Shown here in pieces: positions 24,980 to 35,385 of a stretch of DNA of 64,000 nt. Both the position numbers and the translations under genes were made by a program. Positions within the stretch are counted from its first letter, which is position 1. Every line of letters starts with the position of its first letter. The stretch spans positions 2,368,001-2,432,000 of the forward strand of contig CAWHDR010000001.1 of the NCBI GenBank assembly GCA_963828165.1, given 5' to 3'. This stretch comes from an uncultured Chloroflexia bacterium. Its GTDB lineage: Bacteria; Chloroflexota; Limnocylindria; Limnocylindrales; CSP1-4. Under the pieces are notes generated by a model. It was not told where the DNA came from. It did no database searches and saw nothing but the letters and a program-made list of their open reading frames with translations.

Positions 24980-25933
24980 ATGCGCATGACCAGCGAGCTC
25001 GGGACGCTTCGCGGCCGCGACCTGCTGTCCGTGGCCGACCTGTCGGCGGCGGAGGTCGAGCAGGTCTTCGGCACGGCTGAGGCGCTCAAGACGGAGTTCC
25101 GGGCGACGCGGCGGCACGCGAGCCCTCCGCTGACGGGACGGTCGTTGGCGATGCTGTTCCAGAAGCCGTCGTTGCGGACCCGCGTCACGTTCGAGGCGGG
25201 CATGGCCCAGCTCGGCGGTGTCGCCATCTACCTGCCCGAGGATGCCGTCATGGGCGCTCGCGAAGCAGTTCGTGATGTCGCGCGCAACCTGGAACGCTTC
25301 GTCGACGGGATCGTGGCGCGGACCGGGCCCCACGCGGTCGTCGTGGAGCTTGCCGCCCAGGCCAGCATCCCCGTCATCAACGGCCTGACGCTGCGGGAGC
25401 ATCCGTGTCAGGCGCTGGCGGACATCTTCACGATCCGGGAGCGTCTCGGGCGCCTGGGCGGCGCGGTCATCGCGTTCGTCGGGGATGGCAACAACGTCTA
25501 CCACTCGCTCGCCCTGCTCGGGGCGGCGTTCGGGATGGAGGTGCGCCTCGCCCATCCCGCCGGCTACGCCCCCAATGAGCAGATCGTCGCGCGGGCGCAG
25601 TCACTGGCCGAGACGTCGGGCGGACGGCTCGTGTTCGGGAGCGACCCGCACGAAATGGTGCAGGGCGCCGACGTCGTCTACACCGACGCCTGGACCTCGA
25701 TGGGTCAGGAAGCCGAGGCGGAGGAGCGGCGAGACGCCTTCGCCGGGTACCGGGTCGATGACTCGCTGATGGCCGCAGCCGGACCGGACGCCGTCGCGAT
25801 GCATTGCCTGCCGGCGCATCGGGGCGAGGAGATCACCTCGTCCGTGATGGACGGGCCCCAGAGCCTGATCTTCGAGCAGTCCGAAAACCGGCTGCACGTC
25901 CAGAAGGCCCTGCTCGTCGAGCTCCTGGCATGA
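24980..25933 (+). CDS. argF: Ornithine carbamoyltransferase
   Basis: KPSLRTR, HPCQALAD, GDGNNV, WTSMG, HCLP, ENRLH. Confidence 0.95.
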   Translation: MRMTSELGTLRGRDLLSVADLSAAEVEQVFGTAEALKTEFRATRRHASPPLTGRSLAMLFQKPSLRTRVTFEAGMAQLGGVAIYLPEDAVMGAREAVRDVARNLERFVDGIVARTGPHAVVVELAAQASIPVINGLTLREHPCQALADIFTIRERLGRLGGAVIAFVGDGNNVYHSLALLGAAFGMEVRLAHPAGYAPNEQIVARAQSLAETSGGRLVFGSDPHEMVQGADVVYTDAWTSMGQEAEAEERRDAFAGYRVDDSLMAAAGPDAVAMHCLPAHRGEEITSSVMDGPQSLIFEQSENRLHVQKALLVELLA

Positions 25934-26940
25934 GCGACGCGCTGTACGAGCGGTACAAGGACGCGCTCCGCCGCGGTCACGTGGCGGCCGCGCGTGGGCG
26001 CCAGGACGCGGCCCTGGCGGCATACGGCGAGGCGGCCAAGCTCGCGCCCGATCGCTCGCTGCCGCTCGTGAGCATCGGAAACGTGCTGGCCGGCATCGGA
26101 AAGCACACGGAAGCCGCGGCCGCGTTCGAGGCGGCCCTGGAGCGCGTGCCGGCCGACGAAGCAGCCCTGCGCGGTCGCGCCGAATCCCTCGTCTCGACCG
26201 GCGATCGCGTCTCCGCCGCGGAGACCCTCGATCGCCTGGCCGCCGTGCTCGATGCGGACGGACGAACGTCCGAGGCCCTGGATGTGTCGCGTCGGGCCCT
26301 GGAGCTCGCCGAATCGCGCGGCCGGCGGGCCGGCGTGAAGGCCATGGTCGCTCGAGTCACGCAGTCGGAGACCAGCAGCGATCCAGGCGTCGGTGAGACC
26401 CTATCGCGGGCACTGGGCATCCTCGAGGACCGTGTCCTGGGCCGGAGCCGGCACGAGACGGGGGCGATGGCCCTGGTCGAAGCCGTGGAGGATCCTGCAC
26501 CCGGGCTGCCCGAGGTCGCTCCAGGGGCACCAGCCGAACCCGAGGAATTCGTCGCGCCAGAACCACCACCACCACCGCCCCCGTTCGATCCGGTGGCCGC
26601 TACGGCTGCCGTCGAGGATGCGGCCGCTGCCGGCGATGCCGTTGCGACCCGGGAGCTCGCGCTGGCTGCGGCGACCGGTCTTCGGGCGGCCGGCCAGCTC
26701 CATGCGGCGATCGACGTGTGCTACCAGGCAATGGCCACGAGCCCGGCGGACCCCGGTCTGCATCTCGCGCTGGCCGAGCTCTACGTCGACCTCGGCTGGC
26801 GCACCACGGCGGCCGACAAGCTCGTCCTCCTGGCCCGCCTTGCAGAGCTCGGGGACGACACTGCGACCCGGACCCGCCTGTGCGCGGTCGTGACCGCGCG
26901 GCTGTCGGACGATCCGAGGCTGGTTTCGCTCTGCGCCTGA
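25930..26940 (+). CDS. TPR-like helical repeat protein
   Basis: Ala/Leu helical repeats (ALAAYGEAAKLAP, AAAAFEAALERVP), Pro-rich linker; ATG overlaps argF stop. Confidence 0.7.
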   Translation: MSDALYERYKDALRRGHVAAARGRQDAALAAYGEAAKLAPDRSLPLVSIGNVLAGIGKHTEAAAAFEAALERVPADEAALRGRAESLVSTGDRVSAAETLDRLAAVLDADGRTSEALDVSRRALELAESRGRRAGVKAMVARVTQSETSSDPGVGETLSRALGILEDRVLGRSRHETGAMALVEAVEDPAPGLPEVAPGAPAEPEEFVAPEPPPPPPPFDPVAATAAVEDAAAAGDAVATRELALAAATGLRAAGQLHAAIDVCYQAMATSPADPGLHLALAELYVDLGWRTTAADKLVLLARLAELGDDTATRTRLCAVVTARLSDDPRLVSLCA

Positions 26941-27001
26941 GGTTCGCGGCGAGCCCGACGGCCTCGGCCCGGACGGGGCGCGATGCTACACTCGGCCAAC
27001 G

Positions 27002-27859
27002 ATGACGGAGCTCCTCGGATCGATCCTCGAGCAGGTTCGGCTGACCACGCTGGTCGACATCGGGATCACCGCCCTCCTCATCTACTGGCTGTTCAGCCTG
27101 ATCCGCGGGACACGCGCCGTCCGACTCGTCATCGGGGTCAGCGTCCTGTTCGTGGTCTACGTCCTGGCGGTGGCATTCGGGCTCGAGCTGCTCACCCGGA
27201 TCCTGCAGGGTGGCGCGGTCGTCGGCCTGTTCGCCCTCGTCGTCATCTTCCAGCCGGAGATCCGCCGCGGGCTGGAGCGGATCGGGCGCGTGGGATCGCT
27301 CGGCTGGGTGCTCTCGCCGGCCGACTCGCGCGCCGTGGATCACGTCGCGGACGAGGTCGCGCGGGCAGCCGCCGACCTGAGTGCCGATGGCCATGGAGCG
27401 CTGATCGTGCTCGAACGTGAGACCGGCCTCGAGGACGCCGCGGAGAGCGGCGTCATGATCCACGGCGACATCTCGGCCGATCTCATCCGGACGATCTTCG
27501 CGCCACGGACGGCGCTGCACGACGGCGCGCTCATCATCCGCGGCGAGACGATCCTCGCGGCCGGAGCTCTCCTGCCGCTGTCGGAGACGAGCGTCCACGC
27601 CGAGCGGTTCGGGACCCGGCACCGGGCCGCCCTCGGCATTGCCGAGCAGACCGACGCCGTGGTGGTTGTCGTCTCCGAGGAGAACGGCCAGATCAGCCTC
27701 GTGGAGCGGTCGCGCATCGTCCGCAACCTCAACGAGGCCCACCTGGCGCGCTCGATCCGGCATCTGCTCGACCCGAACCACGGGCGCCGCCGAGGCGCGT
27801 TCGGGTGGCGCCCGGCGCGGGAGCCGACCACACCCTCGGCCGCACGGGCTCCGCGGTGA
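27002..27859 (+). CDS. cdaA: Membrane diadenylate cyclase CdaA
   Basis: Three N-terminal hydrophobic segments, FQPEIRR, LHDGA, GTRHRAA, VSEE. Confidence 0.96.
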   Translation: MTELLGSILEQVRLTTLVDIGITALLIYWLFSLIRGTRAVRLVIGVSVLFVVYVLAVAFGLELLTRILQGGAVVGLFALVVIFQPEIRRGLERIGRVGSLGWVLSPADSRAVDHVADEVARAAADLSADGHGALIVLERETGLEDAAESGVMIHGDISADLIRTIFAPRTALHDGALIIRGETILAAGALLPLSETSVHAERFGTRHRAALGIAEQTDAVVVVVSEENGQISLVERSRIVRNLNEAHLARSIRHLLDPNHGRRRGAFGWRPAREPTTPSAARAPR

Positions 27860-29115
27860 CCCGAGTCCTGCAGGTCCTCGTCCACAACTGGCCCCTGAAG
27901 CTCGCCGCGATCGGGCTCGCGACCCTGCTCTACGGCGGCCTCGTCTTCTCGCAGAGCACGCAGTCGTTCCCCGGATCCATCCCGGTCGAGGTCCGCGGCC
28001 AGGCGGCAGACACGTTCCTGCTCATCGACCCTGAACCCGTCACGCTGGTGCGCTACACCTCGCCGTCCGGCGTGCGGCCCATCACCTCCACCTTCAAGGC
28101 GTGGATCGACATCAGTGGCATCGAGCCGGGCAGCGGGCCGCAAAGCGTGCCCGTGACCGTGGAATCGATCGACGATCGCATCACCGTGTTCGGCCAGGAG
28201 CCGGACCGGATGACCATCGACCTCGATCGGCTGGCCACGCGCACCGTTCCCGTCCGGGTACCGCAGGTCGCACCCCCGGACAACGTCGAGCTGGGGGCCA
28301 CGACCGTCGATCCGAAGCAGGTCGAGATCTCCGGACCTGCATCCGTGCTGGACCGGGTCATCGAAGCCCGCGCGGACGTCCTCATCCAGCCCGGCGGGAT
28401 CGACGTCGACCAGGAGGCCCGGCTCGTGCCGGTCGATGTCCTCGGCGATGCGGTGGGTCAGGTGAATGTGGATCCACCCACCGCGCGCGTGACGATCCCG
28501 GTGTTCTCGGACAAGGACTCGAAGACGCTCACGATCAGCCCGCTGACAACGGGCGAACCAGCGCCCGGATTCGAGTTGGTGTCGGTGACCGCGGAGCCAC
28601 GGGTCGTCACCGTCGAAGGCGACATCGATGAGCTCGAACCGCTCCGCACCATCGACACAGAACCGGTGCCGATCGGTGGGCTGTCGGCCAACGAGACGCT
28701 CGAGACCACGCTGGCGCTGCCGACGGGCATCGTCGCCCTCGACGTGGAGGCCGTGCGCGTCACGATCACCGTGCGCGCGGTGACCGCCACCCGGACCTTC
28801 GAGGTCGGCCTCGACCTCATCGGCGCGCGCCCGGACCGGACCTATCGCACTTCCACGGACCGGGTGCTCATCACGCTGGGCGGCTCCGTGGCCGATCTCG
28901 ACCGGCTGCAGGGCGCGACCCTCCTCGCGACGCTAGATGTCGCCGACCTCGATCCTGGGACGACGTCGGTCGGGGTCACCACCGACGTGCCCGCGGGCAT
29001 GGCCTTCGTGAGCGCGAGTCCGGACCAGGTCGCCGTCACCGTGTCGATCCCGGCGTCGCCATCACCGGCGGCCGGCGGGACGCCGCCCTCCGCCTCGCCG
29101 GCCGCGGGCGGCTGA
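27856..29115 (+). CDS. cdaR: CdaR/YbbR-domain regulator
   Basis: N-terminal TM (NWPLKLAAI), repeated P..V.I.G beta domains; between cdaA and glmM. Confidence 0.85.
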   Translation: MTRVLQVLVHNWPLKLAAIGLATLLYGGLVFSQSTQSFPGSIPVEVRGQAADTFLLIDPEPVTLVRYTSPSGVRPITSTFKAWIDISGIEPGSGPQSVPVTVESIDDRITVFGQEPDRMTIDLDRLATRTVPVRVPQVAPPDNVELGATTVDPKQVEISGPASVLDRVIEARADVLIQPGGIDVDQEARLVPVDVLGDAVGQVNVDPPTARVTIPVFSDKDSKTLTISPLTTGEPAPGFELVSVTAEPRVVTVEGDIDELEPLRTIDTEPVPIGGLSANETLETTLALPTGIVALDVEAVRVTITVRAVTATRTFEVGLDLIGARPDRTYRTSTDRVLITLGGSVADLDRLQGATLLATLDVADLDPGTTSVGVTTDVPAGMAFVSASPDQVAVTVSIPASPSPAAGGTPPSASPAAGG

Positions 29116-29120
29116 GGGCC

Positions 29121-30452
29121 ATGTCCCGCCTCTTCGGTACCGACGGCATCCGCGGTGTCGCCAACGTGGATCTCAAGCCACCCATGGCCTACGCGCTCGG
29201 CCGGGCCACGGCGAAGCGCCTGGCGGGTCCGGGCGGCTGCATCGTCGTGGGCCAGGACACCCGTCGCTCGGGCGACATGTTCGTCGCCGCCATCACGGCA
29301 GGCGCGACGAGCCTGGGCGTCGACGTCCACGCTGTCGGGGTCGTGCCGACCCCGGCCCTCGCGTTCCTCGCACGAAGCGGTCCCTACCAGGCGGGGATCA
29401 TGGTCTCGGCCTCGCACAACCCGGCCGACGATAACGGCCTCAAGGTGCTCGACGCCGATGGCCTGAAGCTCGACGACGCGATCGAGGAGGAGCTCGAGGC
29501 CCTCATCTGGCGCGAGGGCGAGCTCGGCGGCGTGGGCAACGCGCAGCTGGGCCGGTCGGTGGACGCGAGCGCCGAGGTGGGTGCGTATCGGGAACATCGC
29601 GTCGGGCTGGCTGGCTCCATCGACGCGTCGGGCCTGCACATCGTGCTCGACGGGGCCAACGGCTCGGGCGGGGCGTTCGGCCCGGGCATCCTCGCCGCGA
29701 CCGGCGCCCGCGTCGAGGCGATCCATGTCGAGCCCGACGGCATCAACATCAACGTCGATAGCGGCGCGACGTCGCCGGGATCGCTCGCCGCGGCCGTGAA
29801 GGAGCGCGGCGCCGATGTCGGGTTCGCGCTCGACGGGGACGCCGACCGCCTGATCGCCGTTGACGGGCACGGTCGGGTGGTCGATGGGGACCAGGTTCTG
29901 GGCATCCTGGCGCTCGAGCGACTCTCGCGCGACGCCCTGGCGGGTGGGCTCGTCGTGTCGATCCTGTCGAACGGCGGCCTGCAGCGGGCCGTGGAAGCGG
30001 CGGGTGGCGAGATCGTGCGCACGCCCGTCGGCGACAAGTACATCCTGGAAGGGATGCAGGTCTCGGGCGCCACGCTCGGCGGCGAGAAATCCGGCCACGT
30101 CATCGTGCTCGAGCACACGACCTCGGGTGACGGGATCGTCACGGCCCTCGAGCTCTTGCGCGTGATGACCACCCACCGTGCGTCGCTCGCGGACCTGGCC
30201 GCAGCCATCCCGATGCTCCCGCAGCAGCAGCGCGCGATCAGGGCCCGCCACAAGGACCAGTGGGAGGGCGACGCGGCACTTCGGCGGGCGATCGACGACG
30301 CCCAGGTCCGCCTGGGCGACGCGGGCCGTGTGCTCGTCCGGCCATCCGGCACGGAACCCGCGCTACGGGTCATGGTGGAGGGTCACGACGAAACGCTCGT
30401 CGCCGAGCTGGCCGACACGCTCGCGGCCCTCGCGGAGGAGCGTCTAAACTAG
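29121..30452 (+). CDS. glmM: Phosphoglucosamine mutase
   Basis: FGTDGIRG, SASHNP, DGDADR, GGEKSGH, RPSGTEP. Confidence 0.97.
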   Translation: MSRLFGTDGIRGVANVDLKPPMAYALGRATAKRLAGPGGCIVVGQDTRRSGDMFVAAITAGATSLGVDVHAVGVVPTPALAFLARSGPYQAGIMVSASHNPADDNGLKVLDADGLKLDDAIEEELEALIWREGELGGVGNAQLGRSVDASAEVGAYREHRVGLAGSIDASGLHIVLDGANGSGGAFGPGILAATGARVEAIHVEPDGININVDSGATSPGSLAAAVKERGADVGFALDGDADRLIAVDGHGRVVDGDQVLGILALERLSRDALAGGLVVSILSNGGLQRAVEAAGGEIVRTPVGDKYILEGMQVSGATLGGEKSGHVIVLEHTTSGDGIVTALELLRVMTTHRASLADLAAAIPMLPQQQRAIRARHKDQWEGDAALRRAIDDAQVRLGDAGRVLVRPSGTEPALRVMVEGHDETLVAELADTLAALAEERLN

Positions 30453-30581
30453 ATCCTCGGGCCAATGGCGTCGCGGAACTTCGCCTCGGAATCCTCGGGC
30501 GGATGGCTCGCAGGAGCGTCGCCTCCGACCTCGGAGAGGCTTGTACCGGCTCGATAGCCGTCAAACGGGAGACCATCGCGT

Positions 30582-32411
30582 ATGTGCGGCATCGTTGGCT
30601 ATACGGGGCCCCGGGAGGCCGGCCCCATCCTCATGGAAGGGCTCAAACGCCTCGAGTACCGCGGCTACGACTCGGCCGGGATCGCGCTCGTCGATGACGG
30701 CGGCGACCTGTTCGTCGAGAAGAAGGCGGGCAAGCTCGCCAATCTTGAGATCGCGATCGCGGATCGGACACCGCACGCCGCGATCGGCCTCGCCCACACG
30801 CGCTGGGCCACCCACGGTCGCCCCAACGACCTCAACGCCCACCCCCACCAGGACTGCACGGGCGAGATCACCGTCATCCACAACGGGATCATCGAGAACT
30901 TCCGCGAGCTGCGCGACGGCCTCGCGGCGCGCGGTCACAACCTGACGTCGGAAACCGACACCGAGGCGCTCGCCCACATGGTCGAGGAGGCGTACACCGG
31001 CGATCTCGCCGATGCCGTCCGCACCGCGCTGCGCCTGGCCGAGGGTGCCTACGCCATCGCCGTCATGCATCGTGGCGAGGGCGACCGGCTGGTCGGGAGC
31101 CGCAAGGACGTGCCGCTGGTGGTGGGCCTGGCGGACGGCGAGAGCTTCCTTGCGAGCGACGTCGCCGCGATCCTGGCCCACACGGACAAGGTCATCTTCC
31201 TCGAGGACGGCGACGTCGCCGACCTGCGGCCGTGGGGCGTCACGATCACCGACGTCGACGGCACGGAGCTCCAGCGCGCGATCACCACCATCGACTGGAC
31301 GCCCGAGGCCGCCGAAAAGGGCGGCTACGAGCACTTCATGCTCAAGGAGATCCACGAGCAGCCCGAGACGCTGCGCCAGACGATCGCCGGTCGGGTGACC
31401 CGCGAGAACCACATCTGGCTCGAGGAGTTCGAGGGATTCGACGAGACCATCCGAGACATCGATCGGGTGGAGCTGATCGCCTGCGGGACGGCGTATTACG
31501 CGGCGTTGGTGGGGGCGACCGCGATCCAGGACTGGGTGGGCATCCCGGCGCGTGCGACGGTCGGCTCGGAGTTCCGCTACAACCCACCCCCGCTGGACGG
31601 CCGGACGCTGGTCATCTCCGTGACGCAGTCGGGCGAGACCGCCGACACGATCGCCCCGACCCGGTTGGCGCGCGAACGCGGCGCACCGGTCATCGCGGTG
31701 ACGAACACCGTCGGCAGCGCGATCACCCGCGAGGCGGATCGGATCCTCTTCCTGCAGGCCGGACCCGAGATCGCGGTCGCCGCGTCCAAGACGTTCGTCG
31801 CCCAGGTCACGACGTTGGTCATCCTCGCCGCGGCCATCGCCAAGGCCCGCGGGGCGCTCGGCGCGGAACAGGAGCTCGAGCTCGGGGCGGCGCTGCACGC
31901 CCTGCCTGCGGGAGCCGCGCGCGCCCTCGAGAACTCGACGGGGATCGCCGACCTCGCGCGCCGCTACGTGAACTCGCGCGGCTTCATGTTCGTCGGTCGC
32001 GGCTACACCTATCCCACGGCCCTCGAGGGCGCCTTGAAGCTCAAGGAAGTCAGCTACGTCCACGCGGAGGGTTATGCCGCAGGCGAGATGAAGCACGGGC
32101 CTATCTCGCTGCTCGATGCGGAGTGTCCGCTCGTGGCCGTGGCGACGCGGTCATCCGTGTACGAGAAACTCGCGTCCAACGTCATGGAGGGTCGTGCGCG
32201 CGACGCGCGAGTCATCGCCGTCGCGACCGAGGGCGACACCCAGATCGAGCGCTTCGCAGACGACATCTGCTGGGTGCCCGACACGCACGAGGCCCTGAGC
32301 CCCGTCCTGGCGATCATCCCGCTCCAGCTGTTCGCCTATCACGTGGCGATCGCCCGGGGCACGGACGTGGACCAGCCACGCAACCTCGCGAAATCGGTCA
32401 CGGTCGAGTAG
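30582..32411 (+). CDS. glmS: Glutamine-fructose-6-phosphate transaminase
   Basis: MCGIVG, LEYRGYDSAG, HTRWATHG, QSGETADT, PRNLAKSVTVE. Confidence 0.99.
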   Translation: MCGIVGYTGPREAGPILMEGLKRLEYRGYDSAGIALVDDGGDLFVEKKAGKLANLEIAIADRTPHAAIGLAHTRWATHGRPNDLNAHPHQDCTGEITVIHNGIIENFRELRDGLAARGHNLTSETDTEALAHMVEEAYTGDLADAVRTALRLAEGAYAIAVMHRGEGDRLVGSRKDVPLVVGLADGESFLASDVAAILAHTDKVIFLEDGDVADLRPWGVTITDVDGTELQRAITTIDWTPEAAEKGGYEHFMLKEIHEQPETLRQTIAGRVTRENHIWLEEFEGFDETIRDIDRVELIACGTAYYAALVGATAIQDWVGIPARATVGSEFRYNPPPLDGRTLVISVTQSGETADTIAPTRLARERGAPVIAVTNTVGSAITREADRILFLQAGPEIAVAASKTFVAQVTTLVILAAAIAKARGALGAEQELELGAALHALPAGAARALENSTGIADLARRYVNSRGFMFVGRGYTYPTALEGALKLKEVSYVHAEGYAAGEMKHGPISLLDAECPLVAVATRSSVYEKLASNVMEGRARDARVIAVATEGDTQIERFADDICWVPDTHEALSPVLAIIPLQLFAYHVAIARGTDVDQPRNLAKSVTVE

Positions 32412-32418
32412 CGATCGG

Positions 32419-33033
32419 ATGCCTGCGAGCCGGGATGCCGCTTCAGAGCCCCCGGAGGGCCGAGGCGACGCCCGTGCGAGCGATCGGCCCGACGGCACCA
32501 CGGAACTGGGGATCGACATCATCAAGGTCGACCGGATCCGGGCGTCACTGGATCGATTCGGGGAGCGTTTCACCAAGCGCGTGCTGACGCCCGGCGAGCA
32601 GCGCTACGTCCGGGGTCGGCCCGAGACGATGGCGGGCCGTTGGGCGGCCAAGGAGGCCGTGTCCAAGGTGCTGGGACTCGGGGTCCGTGGCATCGGTTGG
32701 CGCGACATCGAGATCGATCGGCTGCCCACCGGACAGCCATCGGTCCGTCTCCACGGACGGGCGGCGGCGCGCGCTGGACAGCTCGGCATGGGGCGGATCG
32801 CGGTCTCGATCACCCACGAGTCCGAGTACGCGGTCGCGATCGCGTACGGCGTTCGGACGGCCGGCGGTCGCTACCTCTTCCCGCCCGACATCGAGGATCG
32901 GCTCGACGATCGCGAGCGCCGGATCCTCGCGCGGATCGAGCGCCTGCGGGTCGCCGCCGAGGCCGGTGGGGCCGGCAGCCTTGCCACGGATGCGCCGCTT
33001 CCCCCCGACGTCGACGAGGACGGACATGCCTGA
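32419..33033 (+). CDS. acpS: Holo-ACP synthase with C-terminal extension
   Basis: LGIDII, AGRWAAKEAVSK, VSITHE; start uncertain. Confidence 0.92.
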   Translation: MPASRDAASEPPEGRGDARASDRPDGTTELGIDIIKVDRIRASLDRFGERFTKRVLTPGEQRYVRGRPETMAGRWAAKEAVSKVLGLGVRGIGWRDIEIDRLPTGQPSVRLHGRAAARAGQLGMGRIAVSITHESEYAVAIAYGVRTAGGRYLFPPDIEDRLDDRERRILARIERLRVAAEAGGAGSLATDAPLPPDVDEDGHA

Positions 33034-34141
33034 TCGGACGCCGCTCGGGTTCGGCCGGCGCACGACCGACGGTCCGGACGGGACGGTCGAGAGCGCGAAG
33101 GACGAGCGGCCCTGGCCGACGGGTGCGACCCGGCTCGACGACGACCTTGCCGCCTCGTTGTTGCCGGAGCGCCCGGCGCGCGGTCACAAGGGCTCGTTCG
33201 GCAAGCTGCTGGTGCTCGCTGGCTCGCTCGACTACGCCGGCGCGGCGCTGCTCGTCTGCCGCGCGGCTGGGCGGGCCGGCGTGGGCCTCGTGACGTTGGC
33301 CGTCCCCGAGTCGCTCCAGCCGCTCTTCGCGGCCAAGGTCGTCGAGGCCACGACGATGGGCCTGCCCGAGGACGATGTCGAAGAGGTCGATCCGGAGCCC
33401 GCCCTGGCACGGATCCTGGACCACGAACACGACGCGATCGTGATCGGCCCGGGTCTCCGGCCCGGCCTGGCCACGGCTGAGCTCGTGCGCGAGCTCTTCG
33501 CGCCACCGGGCGAGCAGCCACCACCGATCGTGCTCGACGCCGAGGCTCTTCGGTCGTTGGCCACGATGGATGGCTGGTGGAGCGGGGAACGCAGACCGGC
33601 CGTCCTCACCCCGCACATCGGGGAGTTCGAGCGGCTGCGGGCGGGCAGTGGCGTGGAGCACGGCGCGGACGGCGACCTCGCCGACGACGACGAGGCAAGA
33701 GTCGCGGCCGCGCGCGACGCCGCGGCCGCCTGGCACCAGGTCGTGGTGCTCAAGGGTGCCCGGACCGTGATCGCCGCCCCGGACGGGGAGGTGGCGATCG
33801 CCCCGTTCGAGAACCCCGCCCTGGCCACCGGCGGAACGGGAGACGTCCTCACGGGCGCGATCGGTGCCTTGCTGGCCCAAGGCCTCCCGCCGTTCGTGGC
33901 CGCGCGGCTGGGCGTCTACCTGCACGGCGCCGCCGGCGACTGGGTGCGCGACCGCTACGGCGACTCCGGCTTGCTCGCCTCGGACCTGCCCGAGGGCCTT
34001 GCGGTCGCCCGGAAACGGCTGGCCAGCGTGGCCGAGCGGCGACAGGGTGCCAAAGGCCTCGGGTTCGGTTCGCGCGAGCGCCTCGCAGCGACCGCGAGTC
34101 CCGCGTCGCCGCAGGGCACGGATCCCGTCAATCGCAGGTGA
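33026..34141 (+). CDS. nnrD: ADP-dependent NAD(P)H-hydrate dehydratase (stand-alone, no epimerase domain)
   Basis: HKGSFG, GS.DYAGAA, IGPGL, LDAEAL, LTPH.GE, LKG, GGTGDVL. Confidence 0.93.
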   Translation: MPDRTPLGFGRRTTDGPDGTVESAKDERPWPTGATRLDDDLAASLLPERPARGHKGSFGKLLVLAGSLDYAGAALLVCRAAGRAGVGLVTLAVPESLQPLFAAKVVEATTMGLPEDDVEEVDPEPALARILDHEHDAIVIGPGLRPGLATAELVRELFAPPGEQPPPIVLDAEALRSLATMDGWWSGERRPAVLTPHIGEFERLRAGSGVEHGADGDLADDDEARVAAARDAAAAWHQVVVLKGARTVIAAPDGEVAIAPFENPALATGGTGDVLTGAIGALLAQGLPPFVAARLGVYLHGAAGDWVRDRYGDSGLLASDLPEGLAVARKRLASVAERRQGAKGLGFGSRERLAATASPASPQGTDPVNRR

Positions 34142-35382
34142 GCTCGATCGAGACGCATCTTGAGGCGGCCGGCCTGCCGCCGCTCCCCCGAACGGCCTGG
34201 CTGGAGATCGACCTCGACGCGCTGCGCGGCAATCTGGCGGCGCTCCGCTCCCTCGCGGGCACCGGCATCCCGGTCCATCCCGTGGTCAAGGCCGACGCCT
34301 ACGGTCACGGTGCCGTGCCGGTGGCGCTTGCCCTCGAGGCCGCGGGTGCGGACGGGTTCTGCGTTGCCGCGCTGGACGAGGCCTTCGCGCTCCGGGCCGG
34401 CGGGATCCGCGCCCCGATCCGGGTGCTCTATCCCATCCCGGTGGGGCTGGCCGGGGAGGCAGCCCGCCAGCGCGTCACGGTCACGGGGGGGGACCCGGAG
34501 CAGCTCGCGGCTCTCCTGGAAGCGACAGAGGCCACGCGGGCCCCTGACACCGCCGAGGCGATGCTCCTCGACGTCGAGCTCGAGGTGGAGACCGGGCTGG
34601 GTCGCGGTGGCTTCGCACCCGAGGCCCTCGCCGACGCCGCCTCAGCCATCACGGACGCCCCGCACACGAGGCTGGCGGGCGTATGGACCCACCTCCAGGC
34701 GAGCGAGGATCCAGGCCGGACCCGCGACCAGCTGGCGCGGTTCGAGGCCGCGACGGTCAGCCTGCGCGAGGCAGGGCTGCCCATCCCCCCGCGGCATGTC
34801 GCGGCGAGTGGCGGGCTCTTCACGGGCGTGGAGGCCCTCGACGGCGTTCGGCCGGGCCTCTCGATCTACGGGATCGTGCCGGACGAGCTCGCCGACGCCT
34901 CCCTCACGGCCGATGTAGGTGCTGCCAACGCCGCCCTTCGGCCGGTCATGTCCCTGCACGCCCGCCCGGTCAGGCTGGCGGACCTGCCAGCCGGGCACGG
35001 GATCAGCTACGGGCCGACGTTCACGACGGCACGGGCCAGCCGCATCGCAACGCTGCCGCTCGGTTACGGGGACGGGTTCACCCGCACCTTCTCGAACCGC
35101 GCCGAGGCCCTCGTGCGCGGCGTTCGGGTACCGCTCGTCGGGAACGTCGCGATGGACGCGATCATGTTCGACGTGACCGACGTCCCGGGGCCGCCGGTCA
35201 CGCCTGAGGACGAATTCGTGCTCATGGGGGCCCAGGGCGACGACAGGATCAGCGCGGAGGACCTGGCGCGGGCACGCACCACGAACACGTGGGAGGTCGT
35301 GACCCAGATGGCTGGGCGGTTGCCCCGGGTGTACCATGCCGCGGCTGGACCGGTCGGTCTGCGCACGCTCACCGAGCGATGA
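34138..35382 (+). CDS. alr: Alanine racemase
   Basis: VVKADAYGHG, RPGLSIYG, ISYG, GYGDG, VGNVAMD. Confidence 0.95.
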   Translation: MSSIETHLEAAGLPPLPRTAWLEIDLDALRGNLAALRSLAGTGIPVHPVVKADAYGHGAVPVALALEAAGADGFCVAALDEAFALRAGGIRAPIRVLYPIPVGLAGEAARQRVTVTGGDPEQLAALLEATEATRAPDTAEAMLLDVELEVETGLGRGGFAPEALADAASAITDAPHTRLAGVWTHLQASEDPGRTRDQLARFEAATVSLREAGLPIPPRHVAASGGLFTGVEALDGVRPGLSIYGIVPDELADASLTADVGAANAALRPVMSLHARPVRLADLPAGHGISYGPTFTTARASRIATLPLGYGDGFTRTFSNRAEALVRGVRVPLVGNVAMDAIMFDVTDVPGPPVTPEDEFVLMGAQGDDRISAEDLARARTTNTWEVVTQMAGRLPRVYHAAAGPVGLRTLTER

Positions 35383-35385
35383 GGG

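Noticed and set aside
30453-30581. Possible glmS ribozyme upstream of glmS
   Set aside because: Only fragmentary resemblance (GGAACT, GGCGGATG); AGCGCC and GACGAGG core elements not found. An Infernal search with the Rfam glmS model would settle it.
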